From Calcarisporiella thermophila CBS 279.70 (lineage: Eukaryota > Fungi > Calcarisporiellomycota): DNA of 64,000 nt. Position 1 is the first letter of the stretch; the number at the start of each line of letters is the position of its first letter. The notes below the pieces were generated by a model. That model did no database searches, was not told the origin of the DNA, and saw nothing but the letters and a program-made list of their open reading frames with translations. Shown one piece after another: positions 39,099-51,367 of this stretch. The DNA is taken from contig NW_027192199.1 of the NCBI RefSeq assembly GCF_041956535.1, positions 372,001-436,000 on the forward strand. Reading direction: 5' to 3'. Position numbers and translations under genes: made by a program.

Positions 39099-40905
39099 AT
39101 GGCCTACGTCACAATCGATGATAGTCATTTTCAGATAGTGTGTCTCCAAAAAGAGACAGTCCGTTTCTTTTTCATATTCTTAAAACCTTCTCACCTGAAA
39201 ACCCATAGAAATCCCACTTAGCTCGATGAATCAATAATACGCGCTATGCAAAAGGTGGGTTTAGAGTGTCTTTCCTCCTCTAGTTGTGATATCGATCGTG
39301 TAACTATTCATGTCATTCCTTCTTGCTTCGTTTCCCCACAGTTAAAACGATCGTATACCTACGATGCGATTATGAGGTATGAAAAAGAAATCACACCATT
39401 GCTATTTCCAATACTTACCGAGTGTCATGTGAATGTGAAGAATAAATACGCTTCTTGAATGCATCTCTGACACGAGGCGATCACGGGATGAAGTACTTAT
39501 CAAGACGGAGGAGATTCTCGCACGGCAAAACAATGGCCTACGATTGGTATGTTGCCCTCTTCTTTGCCCTCTTCTCTGTTTTGAAGCAGGAGTTTCTGCA
39601 AGACCTAGACTTCTCATATCCTTTCCTGTGTCGTTTTAGAAGCGTGAGCTATTAGAAAATAATTCGCGAGTTGAGAGTTTGAATCGCGAGATGGAATGCC
39701 AGAAAAAATTGCTGGATGAGAGTAAGCTATCTTTATCTTTAGCTGAATCGCGTCCGCGCTTTAATTCCTCGAGTTTTTACATGGTGTTTGATGCAGAGAG
39801 ACGGGAAATCAAATCTTTACGTGAAAAGCTTAAAGCCCGACGCTCTTGCCTAGATGAAGCGCGCGAGCGCTATTTACAAGGCAAAGAGTATTTGGATGCA
39901 AGTCAGAAATCCCTCGAGCGCAGTCGTAAAACCGTGCAGAAAACGCGGGAAATGGTCAAAGTGAGGCGGAGAGAGCTTATTGCCGAAGTGTCGACCATAT
40001 ATCCTGTTGAGACGGTAAGATTCACTCATCGTTTTGGTTGCGGCTGCAGGCAATCGAATACTAATTCTTCTCTTATTCTGGACACCAGTTACCTGAAAAT
40101 CCCCGACTCTATCAGATAACTGGCGTGCGCCTTCCAAACTCGGTGTTCAATGGGTGCGACCGCGAGCTGGTTGCAACCGCGCTTGGATACACATGTCATC
40201 TCGTACAAATGTTTGCCTATTACGCAAACATCCCACTGCGATATCCCATGAAGCCTATGTCGTCCCGTGCAGAAATCATGGATCCCGTATCGGTGATCCA
40301 AGGACCGAGGGGGTAATTTAAGCTATCCCATCTTTCCAGAGCTGGATAACCAGAAAGTTACTGTTAGGTTTCCACTTTATTTAAAGGGCACTGATAGACA
40401 TCGCTTCGAATACGGAGTATATCTATTGAACAAAAACATTGAACAGGTATAATAAGCTTGGCTATACGTATTTTTACTGGCGCATTGCTCACCGTGCCCT
40501 CTCTGTATCTCCTAGCTAATGAATGCTTATGGGCTGGTTGTGATCGACCTACGGTTCACGCTTCCGAATCTTGTTAGTTTTCTCCAGAATATAACCACTG
40601 AGCATGTATCCTTAGGGTAAGGTTGAGAGCATCCAACCCAAATAGACAGATTTTTCATTTTTCATTTTTATTTTATTTTTTTGCAATCCAGCAATCACCA
40701 GGATCCGCTTCCACTTTATACTCCCCCGGCTAACTCTGAAGACGGGCTCCATTCTTTAGCGGAATCTCAGCCACAAAATAAGGTGGGGGCTTGTAGTGTC
40801 CGAGAGGAGGATGACGCCTCATGGGGGCAGACCAAGGCACATATAGAGGAAGGGAGGGAGGGGGAGAGAAGAGGTCAAAAGAGTATCATCATATCCTCAG
40901 GCTGA
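39099..40905 (+). CDS. UVRAG/Vps38-like PI3K complex subunit, multi-exon (start uncertain)
   Basis: Coiled coil then '[11 protein letters not shown]', '[27 protein letters not shown]', 'FPLY...[17 protein letters not shown]', 'TLPNL'. Confidence 0.8.
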
Positions 40906-41141
40906 ACCATCTTTTTATAATGTTATTTTCTTGTTGTTGGTTAATTTGGATTGTTGTTTTGTCTGGCTTCACTTCTTGTAAATATAATAATGTCTGGCTT
41001 TTTGAGTAGAGTTCACTGGAGGTGGTGGGGGAAAATTCTAATGAGAATAGGCAGGGAGAAGGGGTCACGAAGAGATTCACACGGGGTATGAATGGGTCGT
41101 GACTGCACTCCCATTTGGCCACCTTATTTTTTTTTTTGCCT

Positions 41142-41223
41142 TTATCTCGTTTATCGCTTGCGTGTCAGGACAAAGTGAATTCATTTCGTGGCAAAACCTT
41201 CTCGAGATAAAGTAATCTGATAA
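41142..41223 (+). promoter_or_regulatory. Cluster of four GATAA sites upstream of glucosamine-6-phosphate deaminase
   Basis: TTATC at 41142 and 41151; GATAA at 41206 and 41219. Confidence 0.45.
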
Positions 41224-41253
41224 CCCCCCCTCCTGTCCTGCACATTACCGAAA

Positions 41254-42460
41254 ATGAGGCTCATTATTCGCGATGACTATGACACGGTTAGCGAGTACAT
41301 GGGTATTCTTCCTTTATCTATTCTTGGGGTTCATGCTGGGGAATTTTGATTATAACACGCTGTCTCTTATCTCCCATTCTCTCTACATAACCAGCTAACT
41401 ATATCAAGCTGCGTATTCAGCAGTTCAATCCCACTCCCGAGCGCCCATTTGTCCTAGGGCTGCCGACCGGCTCATCTCCGGTGGGGACCTATCGGAGATT
41501 GGTGGAATTCCACCGCAAGGGAGAGCTCTCATTTGCCAATGTGATTACGTTCAACATGGTAAGGGGTACCATTCCCAACCACACTGATAAGAGAATGTGT
41601 TCACTTACTGGCCGCCTGCCTTTTTTTATATCGTCATTTTAGGATGAGTACGTTGGACTGGAACGGTAAGAGTCTCCGCCTTCTCTCTCGTTGATTCCAC
41701 TCTATTTTCCCTCAGCTCCGAGTCTCTGACCTCCTCCTATAATATACCTTCCCACTCACATTTCTAGGGATCATCCCGAGTCCTATCACTCTTTTATGTG
41801 GAACCATCTCTTCAAACACGTGGACATTAAGCCCGAGAACGCGCACATCCTCGATGGCAACGCACCTGACCTGGATGCAGAGTGTGCTCGCTTCGAGGAC
41901 AAGATCCGTGAGGTGGGGGGAATCGAGCTGTTTTTGGGCGGAATTGGACCTGATGGGCATATTGCGTTTAATGAACCTGGGTCGAGTTTGAGCTCGCGAA
42001 CTCGAGTCAAGACCTTGGCCTACGAGACCATTCTGGCCAACGCAAGGTTCTTTAATAATGACATCACCAAAGTCCCCGCCCTCGCTTTGACCGTGGGGGT
42101 TGGCACCGTGATGGATGCACGCGAGGTGGCCATCTTGATCACTGGTGCTCACAAGGCCCTGGCCCTCGCCAAATGCATCGAGGATGGGGTGAACCACATG
42201 TGGACCGTCTCCGCCATCCAACAGCACCCTAAAGCGCTGATTGTGTGCGATGAGGATGCGACGCTCGAGCTGCACGTCAAGGTAAGTGAGGAATCTTGAT
42301 TTGAGGAAGCAAAACGGGCTGACCCTTCATCCTGGATGGCTAGACCGTGAAATATTTCAAGAGTATCGAGCGTGTTCACAACGAACTCATCGACCAAGAA
42401 CACGTTGGGCTACAGGGCGGAATAAAGGGGAACGTGAAACGGCACACGGTTCTCCAGTGA
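41254..42460 (+). CDS. NAG1: Glucosamine-6-phosphate deaminase, multi-exon
   Basis: [85 protein letters not shown]. Confidence 0.96.
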
Positions 42461-43034
42461 TGTCGGAGTCCATCCCGACTGCCATGGAGGCACTCTTCCA
42501 CGTGGAACGCTTATCAAATGGTCACACATCAGAAGTAATGTTGTTGTCCTTGAAGTTCGAGGCACATTTACTATCATTATTTATGGAAAGAGATCTGTCT
42601 TAATATATATATATATTATAATAATAAAGGGGAAAAAAAAAAAATAAATCCTCCGTGAACGGAATCCAACCGATCCAGGTTTGATTCACGGTAAAATGAT
42701 CAGACTTTTAAGCCATGGTTCAAGTATTCGGCACCGCTCTACTAGAAATGACAAGATACTAGGCACTCTTCGTCTATGAGCGCCCTAGTGATGGGTATAT
42801 CCAAGAACTTGCAGGTAATGCTGAAGCAAGAAGTTCATTGCAAGTGGCTAGATAATGTTAAGTTTTATTTCGATTCTCTATTCCTATTCATATACAAGAT
42901 GCAGTCCTCTAGTGTGGGGAGTATGGGTGGGGGTGACAGGATTTGGGCTCTAGGCTATCTTAGTGTCTTTAGATCCTCTTTTGGAAACAGTGTAAACAAA
43001 TATACGAGATGCAATCAAAGTATGTTGCCTACTT

Positions 43035-44701
43035 CTAGCGACTCACTCCCCTCCCCTCCTCACCTAATCTTGGTCGCTGCCTTCTTCCATTGTAGGCATC
43101 TGAATCACTTCCACCCTTCTCATCGGATAAGCTTGAGCCAGAGCTAGAACTACTCGAACTGCTTGACGACGATGACGAAGACGAAGACGATGACGAAGAC
43201 GAAGACGAAGACGACGAGGATGGCGGTAAAGAGGGAACGTAGGCCAGTGCCTCGATCTTCTCTACTAGCCGTCTATAGTGCTCTCCCTTCTTCTGCGACA
43301 ACACGGTGATAAGCTTGCGAGAGAGTTTTGGCCGGGAGTCGCGGGAATGCAACCAAACGTATTCCAGGTTTGCAGGAGAGCAGAAATTTTGGGTGACGGC
43401 AATAGTCATATCTAACAAGGTATAGGTAAAGACATTAAACCAGTCCTCTCCCTCCTTCTCCTGAGCAAAATAGAGTCGGATAGATAGATTACCAAGGTTG
43501 ATCACGACATGATGGTATCCGCCCGGCACAAAAACGGTTTCTCCCGGTCGCTGCAAAATCTGCATCACCCCCACCTGTTTCCCCAGCTCGGTGGGCTCTC
43601 CCTTCTCCTCGCTCCAAAATCGCGGGAACACTTTAACAAACCAGCTTGCGGCCTCATGGTCATAGGGCTTCATGGGGGGATCGACGAGCTCTTTCGGGGC
43701 GGAGGGCGGAAATAGGCACCACCGCTTGTGCCCACGCACAAGTGTGTTCCAGGCGGAAGTGCCCAGCGGGTCTACATGGATGCCAGTACCACTCCGGGCA
43801 GAGCCCATGACAAACCACCGGTAAGGGGGTCGCCGTCTCTCTCCCGTGTATCGAAACAGGTCGTCGTCAAAGTATCTAGGGACATGGTAGTCATCCAGCA
43901 AGATCCGATCTGTTAAATGCTTGGGACGTCGATTTTTCGGATAACCACGATACGGACGTGCTATCCCGCTGTCGAAAATATAGAGCGGTGAATCCTCGGC
44001 TGCGGCCTTTGTGTGGACGTAATGGAGAAAATGCTTCATTTTGAGATACACAGGATATCCGTCGTCATCTTCGCCCACTTTGAACTTTTGATTTGCAAAA
44101 TGATCCATGAAGTACTACCCGTTGCATTAAAAGCGAAGCAGTGAGGGTGAAGGCAAACCGATAAAGAGATGAACCATGGAGATAGACCGACATAAACCAT
44201 GGAGATAGACCGACACCTACCTTCTCGCACCATTTCTCCTCGGCAGGCCAATTACGCGTAATCCCCTTAATGACGACAGGAGTAGAGGTCTCTTCAAATC
44301 GCCTCACAAACTCGGCCTTGCTTACTCCATGGTAATCAATGCGTTCCACCTTATCGACCTCGGGACCGATCCAGAAGTCATGGGCATGAAAATTCCACTT
44401 TGACCAGCCCAGAGCATCGAGCTCTTTTGGAAAAACAGGAGACATTTAATTAACCTAACCCATGATCACTAATCAATGGGGATGTCGATGGAATACCTGA
44501 GCGAGCCTTAACCTTTGCCCTGCTGATTTTGCGCTCCCACTTGTGGTTTTGACTCTAAACGGGAAGGGGCGAAATAAGAAAAGAATAAGCCAGCTATCGA
44601 TCTGACAGCATATTAAAGCAACATTTTACTTCACAGTATCCCTTTCGCTTCATCGAGCGTAGTGTTGTGGAGGGGTTGCTCTGGAGATGGATCCCAGTCA
44701 T
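43035..44701 (-). CDS. JMJD6: JMJD6-like JmjC hydroxylase with C-terminal poly-Ser, multi-exon
   Basis: KFKVGEDDDGYPV, DSPLYIFDS, RRPPYRWFVMGSARSGTGIHVDPLGTSAWN, QRPGETVFVPGGYHHVVINL, AVTQNF, long Ser tract. Confidence 0.93.
44172..44215 (+). repeat. Direct repeat of 21 nt (period 23) inside a JMJD6 intron
   Basis: aaccatggagatagaccgaca occurs twice, separated by 'ta'. Confidence 0.9.
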
Positions 44702-45732
44702 TTTTTTTTTACGAACGATCAGAAAAGCTGTCGTTGAGAGACAAAAGTCAAATCAAATTTACAGAAATATATTACAACAGTCACAAAACTGCCCATAGTC
44801 CGATTTGCGGCTAGAAATGCCGGGCCTGTTGATTTGGATACTTCCACGTAACACATTTCTCCATGGTTCGATTTCACATAATCACTAAGAATCCCTATTC
44901 TCGCGCGAGCTTGCTACACATCTATTGTATGTAAGCCTAGGATCACCTCATCACAACCATAATTTTCCCGTCCATGAACCCTATTGAATGCATCTTTTTG
45001 CCAGGTGACAGGTTCGCCAAAAGGGTACCGGTCCTGTGGGGGGAATCTTCTTGGCAAATTGATCCCATCATGCCAATAAAAAAAAAACGAGGACGCATAC
45101 CTTTCTGGGAGAATAAAGCTGCTTTATTCTGGCAGAACCTTTATGAGGGTTGGCTATTCCCTCTTCTCCAGGTACATCTAAAGGAAGGTGGCGGCAAGGC
45201 TGAGAATCTCTCCGATCAACACATTTGAGTTTTTCACTCTTCACTCCTATTCGACCCGCGCTCAATTGCTGAAATCCGAGATCAACCACATAAGCCGTCA
45301 CGGGAGGTCATGACAAGGCAACATCATCGTTGATAAAGAGACAATAGAGATGAATGCAACTGAAAGTTAGGTTCAGCCCAACTCAATGGGATTAATGCGT
45401 TCAGATTAGTTAAAGGCAAAGATGGACGGGGGGGGGGGGGGCGATAACTAGTTACCTACATGGCTAACAATGACCCCTTTTTGTCCAAAATAAAGTATGC
45501 TTTAGACTTTTAATATCTTCGTGCTCTTGCATCCCTAATAAAGCTGCGGATAGCAGTGTTCCAAATTTAGAAACCAAGGCTTTATTTAGACAACCTTGTA
45601 ATAAAAATAAAATCGCATATTCCTTCCTCACGTTTCAATATGGGTGAAATGATGAGAGATAAAATAAAAGGGCCAGTTCAATCAATGGAAAGTAACGAGA
45701 CGGTGTAAATAAGGTCGAGTGGCGCCAACCGA

Positions 45733-46188
45733 TCAGTATTGCTCCTTGATGCGGTCCACACTGACGCTAATGTTGGAGCTGTCTGCGTCCGCTAGTTGGA
45801 ACCTGATTTTGAATTCGGGAATGAGACGAATGTTGACGGTGAAGTTGTCCCCTTTTCCGCCGCCGATATAGTTGGGCCGCCACCAATACTTGATTGGAGT
45901 ACTCTTCTCTCCAGGCGCGAGGTTTCCGACTTTGAACACGGGGTTGCTGGTGGGATTGCCGCCATCACTGTCCACAAAGACGACGCTCCACTGAATACTG
46001 GTGTCATCATGGTCTCCAATGAGCTGCGCGTCAGATATGTATCCCTTCTTAGACGTGTTGACAACCGTGATTTTGCCAACCAAGTAGTCAGTTTCTCCGA
46101 GCTGGGACAGGCTGTAGTTCCCCCAGTGCTCGTGCACGACCGTCAAAAACTCGTGTTGGAACGTATCAGTTGTCCAGTTTGAAGCCAT
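45733..46188 (-). CDS. Intronless 151-aa beta-rich protein of unknown function
   Basis: ATG in caaccATGG context, TATAAAA at 46279-46285, C/A-rich leader, strong C-ending codon bias; contains 'FKVGNLAPGEKST'. Confidence 0.8.
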   Translation of the reverse strand: MASNWTTDTFQHEFLTVVHEHWGNYSLSQLGETDYLVGKITVVNTSKKGYISDAQLIGDHDDTSIQWSVVFVDSDGGNPTSNPVFKVGNLAPGEKSTPIKYWWRPNYIGGGKGDNFTVNIRLIPEFKIRFQLADADSSNISVSVDRIKEQY

Positions 46189-49100
46189 GGTTGAAAGGTG
46201 ATTTGGATTGTAGACTTGGGTGAGGTAAGTGAAAGATTGGGTGAGAAATCTATCGAGGGAGGCAAAGAGAATGGGGGGTTTTATAGAGGGGGAGAGGGCT
46301 CTTTCGTCGCAATCCGAGAATCCGGGGCAAGAACGCAATTCTAAAATTGGAATTCTAAAGCTAATTTAATTAGTCTGTGAAAGGGAAGGAGGAGGGGTGT
46401 GCAGCATTGTTAAGGCTTGATATGTGGCCACGCTTAAGCTCGACAGAGAAAAGGGGAGCCGTTGGCTGCATCTAACAAAGTGCGCATGGAAGATAAAAAT
46501 GCTTGGAAATTCTATGATGATGGGGTTTCCCGTCTTTAGAGCCAAAATTGGGTGCACACTGCGAGTGTGTATTGCTCCATGGGAAGATTCGCGGAGCATT
46601 CACATGGGCTTTCTCATGGCTTTAAATTATTGAATTTTGAACGTTTTGTTATTTGCTTTCTTAAACGGTTCAGGGCTAGCTGCAAGATTATCTACCGGTT
46701 TGAAGTCCAACGGAATGGTTCTGCTTGGTGATGCTCCTCCCTTCTGCGTCTCTCCCTGTTGCCGATTCGTTAGGGAAATGGGAGGACATGCGGGAGGAGC
46801 ACACTCGGACACTCCACCTCACCCTAGCATAACCTTTTTGTACCCCCATGATGCAAAGACGCAATTTCATCAATCCTTTCGATAACCAATCCACATTATG
46901 CTCATCCTGTCCACCATTGCTCAGACGAGGATTCGAAACATAAAGACTATCTTGCGTGCGAGAACAAAATGCTGGGCAAATCCACCTGGGTTTGAGAAAA
47001 GCGCGTGCGCGCATCGATACCCATGGTAGACTTTAGGGTTAGTGCAGCTACACCTCCCTCCACTAGCGTCATGGGAGCATATCTTCGAAAGCTTTCTGTT
47101 TATTTGCGGAAATAATGCATCCTTAACACGACTGAAGATGTTCACCCTCTGTTTTTGCGAGGCGAAATTCTAAAGTTCTTTTTGCTTTTTCATTCCTACT
47201 GGCAGCCAGAAATACAGTTTGTGACTCCACGAAAACAGAGCCGATTCCAAGCCTGGGGAAAAATCTTAGTGTATACCTTGCCACCCTGCTCGCCCGAATT
47301 CCCAACGGTAGTCTAGTTGTTCACTTTGAGGCTTACATGGAGTACTCGAAAAACAGAAAGCACTTGCAATACGGAGGATGCCCGATGAGCACACATGAGA
47401 CACAGATTAAGAGCATCGACGTTGTTCCAGCCAATCCTGACAAGGATTAAGCTGATGAGAGAATGCTACTATTTTTATGAGTTCATTAATAAAGATAGCC
47501 ACTTCCCACGCGCCGTGTTTAACCCATGGGGTTGATAATTTTTCGAGTACTTCCGCGTATTTTTTTCTCATCGATAGATGGACAAGTTCAGTCTTCGTTT
47601 TGATGACATCTTCAGGTTCATCGTCTCAGAGTGCAAATTTGTACGTGTTTCCTACCGTAGGACGACTCACGACGAGATAAATCGCAAAAGCATGGGCTGA
47701 CGACCTCTCGACTCTTCCCCCCTACAGCAGCCTCTTTTTGACAAGGAAGACAAGGCTGTAAATGCCCATCCTCTCCTCGCCATCTTTAGGTGAAACGGGC
47801 ACTCAATAGCACACACTACTAGTGGCATTTACAGAATGGGATCAGCCTTTCTTGATGGAGAGGGTATGGGAACATCGGATGAAGGAGCATCGGAAGTTTG
47901 GGGACAGGCGTCAGCCAGTGCTCTGGTGTCTTCTGTTTTGAGTCCATCTTCTCTCGCCCTTGTCGACCGTATCAGGGCGTGAGCCTATTCTGCTCTCATC
48001 GGGTGCGCTCTTGCGCGCGACCTGATGAAGTTTTTCAATAAAGCTCCCCTTGTGCGCTTTGAGTGGCACGATCACATAATCGCAGACAAGATTAGATCGA
48101 GCCATTCACTCCGTGTGCTACTACGGAGAGAATGACCCGAATCACCCCATTTTCGACTAAGCTTCCAGGTTTCGGAAAAAAGGGCCGATTCAAATGCACG
48201 CCAGAGCTTCCCTCTGCTTGGCCAAATTGCAGGCCAGAATCGCCGCTTTTCTAGCCCTTGCATGCATGTATCCGCGGCCCGTTCTCGGGCTGGAACCTGC
48301 TTGCTGTTTACCGCGAGCAAGCCGCCCCTCCCTTCCCCCTCGCCTCTGCTACGAGATTCGGCCGCGACCCTGAGCTCCTCGATTCTAGGGATTTCGCTCA
48401 ACCTGAAAACAATCATACACGGCCACCTTCCCAGCTTGCCCCACCGAAGAGAGTGCGGAATCGTGACACTGCGGAGACATCTTCCCTCTATTCTCTTTAT
48501 AGCAACCCCAATATACGCTTCGATTCCACGTCCAATGGCCGGCCCGGGACTAATCTCGTCCAACGTCACGATACGAGCCTCATCACCCCCTTTCCTTGAC
48601 CGAATCCAAAGTCCGCGATTACGTTACCTTCTCCTTCCAAACTATCTGATTCCCCTTGTTCTCAGGGGGAGACGTTTCGATGACATCCAAGCCCCATGCT
48701 CATTGGTCGGTATCGGGTGCTCTTCGAATCGCTCGCAACTCCAGGCCTGCACACCCGCATCCGTTGGCCCCGAAACCCTAGAACACTCCTCTAGCGAGCC
48801 TCCAGGCGGTTAGTGCAGTTGCGGGTTGTTGGGATGGCCCGCACGGCATCCCTGAATCGTGCCATTGTGGGGGGAGCTCCCGTGGTCATTTCATCTCGCG
48901 CCCTCCCTTCCCGCTAGTTTGAGCGGAAGTAAAAGCCGGGGCTGTCTTGGAGCCCTTCTCTTGTGCTTAACTGAAACGGGAGGCCGCGTGTTGCTCAGAA
49001 CTTAGGGCATGGTCTCCGCCCTATTGGAAAATGCGCTGCCGAGGGCAATTTGGGTAACAACAGAGCTTGGCCGTTTCTGCGGGGGAAAGCGCAAATGGCC

Positions 49101-49567
49101 CGCAGGCTTGGGCGCCGATGGCAGTCGAATGACGGCCTTCCAACCCTGACCCTTCCATCGAAAAGGGGAGAGGGGGAATTCAGGAAATGGAATCCACTTC
49201 CTTGGTCATTAGTGCGACTAGCGATTAAGGTTAATATTTCTTCCCTTGATTTCTAGAGCTGTTTTATTTTTTTTTTGTGCTTTTCCCCTCCAGCAACCAG
49301 AACCTGTCAATTCAGCATTAATATTCCGCATTAGAGCGGTTGAAATCTTGGAGCTGGCAAAAATATCCATCAAATAAATATATCGCTGCCCTTCGATCCT
49401 TCTGCCGCCCCGATTCGTCTTGAGGCATCTACAGCATCCCCCTCCGCTCTAGCCCCATTTCAGCTTCGCTCATTCCCCCTGCATCGTCATCATAGTTTTT
49501 CCGGCTCCTCCCTCCCCCCCTCCTCTTCCCCCCTTTTCCCCCCTTAAGCCTTATTTTTCCTTTTGAC

Positions 49568-50884
49568 ATGCAGACAGCAGATGCTTCTGCAGGTCATTTC
49601 TCCTCTTCTCCTCATCTCTCTGGCAGCCGCTACCAGCGTGTGCCATCAGTGCAAGATCTCGGAGAGCTAGCAGCAATGGAGCTCCCGCAGAGCAATCCCT
49701 ATCAGCTCATTCCAAATTCAAAAGGTGTGTTTTGTTTGTGTTTGTTATTAGCCCCATTTCCAGCACTTGTGCTAATCTGGTCTCATTCTGGATTGGCCCC
49801 CCCCCCCACAGATGCCCACCCCGCCGATGCCAATCCTTCCAATCGATCTGTCTCCTCTTCCAACGGTCAAGCTTCCGGCCATGTTCCGCATCCCGGGGGC
49901 ATCTCGCCATCTACTCCAGAGGCGTCTTATGATCCTTACGATCCTAGCCACTTCATCTCCATCCCCGCAGTAGCCACCGCAAAAGCCAGGAAGAAGCCGG
50001 AATCCTACTTGCCCTACTCCCACGACGAAGACTCTAATACCCTGCCCACCACTCGGAGCATCTACTACGATGATCCGGTGGCCGGCATAGTCGTCGATGG
50101 AGGAGCTGAGCCTCAGAAGGATTATGGCGACGAGTCCGACCATATGGCGATGTCGGCCCTGCGGTCGCCCGATATCTCCCTCGACGCCTCCCCCAAACAG
50201 ACCCAGGTCAGCCCAATGCCGGTGCCCCACCCCATGTTTAGCAAAAAACGCCGGCGACAGCGCTGCGCCTATTTCCGCAAGAGAACGTGCCTTTATATAA
50301 CGGTGGTGTTTTTGGTGGTGTTTGCGGTGGTGTTGTTCTTCGTGTGCCCAAGGGCGCCAAGAAGAGTCATGCTGCGGGAGATCGAGAAGGTGGAGAATTC
50401 GAAGCTTCCACAAAAGGACTCGCCTGAGCCGCAGGTGAGTATGCAGTGGACCCTGCTGGTCAGCGTGGACAACTTCGACAATTGGGTTCCAATGTCTTAC
50501 AGAAACGTGCATGTAGACGGTAAGCATCCTTCTCTTGTTGCTCTTGTTGAGTTTTGCGTCCTGACTTACCCCGCCCTCTGACTAGCTTTTGATGTTGGAA
50601 CGCAGGAGCGCATTGGCAGTGGGGACTCGGGCGACCTAATTCTCCAGGGGCGATCCCCCAAACTGAACATCCAGCTTCCTCTCAGCGTCGCCTACACCTC
50701 CAAGTCCGGGAACGATAAAGTCCTACAGAACCTGATCAACGCCTGTGGGCCGAAGCAAGCGGGAAAGCCGCCCCCGGAGCTGAATCTTCGCCTCGTCCTC
50801 ACCTTTGATGTCTGGGTGGTGTCCTCTTTCGGGATCCACTATGTCGTAGAGGATCCGGGAACCAACGTACTTTGTCCTCCCTAA
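49568..50884 (+). CDS. Single-pass membrane protein, LEA_2/Hin1-like luminal domain
   Basis: Disordered N-terminus, basic/Cys patch KKRRRQRCAYFRKRTC, TM ITVVFLVVFAVVLFFVCPRAP, 'SVDNFDNWVPMSY', 'LINACG'; intron at about 50520-50585. Confidence 0.65.
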
Positions 50885-51367
50885 AAGCTAGGGATAAAAA
50901 ACAACATGGCCACCCATTTTATCTCTTCTCCCTCTCCTGTTTTATTTTTTTTTCTACCTTTTTTTGTTTCTACTTTTTTGTTTCCATGGACAATTTTCTC
51001 TTCCTTCCGCTGTCATATACTTTGTCTATATTTTTTCTTTATATCATCGTTTCTTTCCCCTTCTAATCTGGTACATCCTCCCCACCTTTCTACCTCACGA
51101 ACACTCCACCTCTAGCATTAAAAATAAATAATCTTATTAAAGCTCTATCGTTCATCCCACCCGTCCCTGAAGATTACAGTTATAGTGAAGAAAAGTAAAA
51201 AAAAAAAAACACACAGCCAATAGTGATAATAAACCATGAACAATGTTGAAATGAGAATGGCAGAGGAAAAAAGAAGAAACAAGAATTTAAGTCAACATAC
51301 GTATACAAAATAAATAAATAAATACGTTGGATGGTTTTCTCTCGGTTGGGTGCCAGCGCAGGTTGGA

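Noticed and set aside
40606-40615. U12-type donor-like GTATCCTT (also ATATCCTTT at about 39616)
   Set aside because: The first is coding with a canonical GTAAGG donor just downstream that keeps the frame; the second lies inside an ordinary intron.
48072-48813. ORFs of 165-183 aa on both strands
   Set aside because: Non-ATG or weak starts, no codon bias or motifs; probably upstream regulatory DNA of the gene at 49568.
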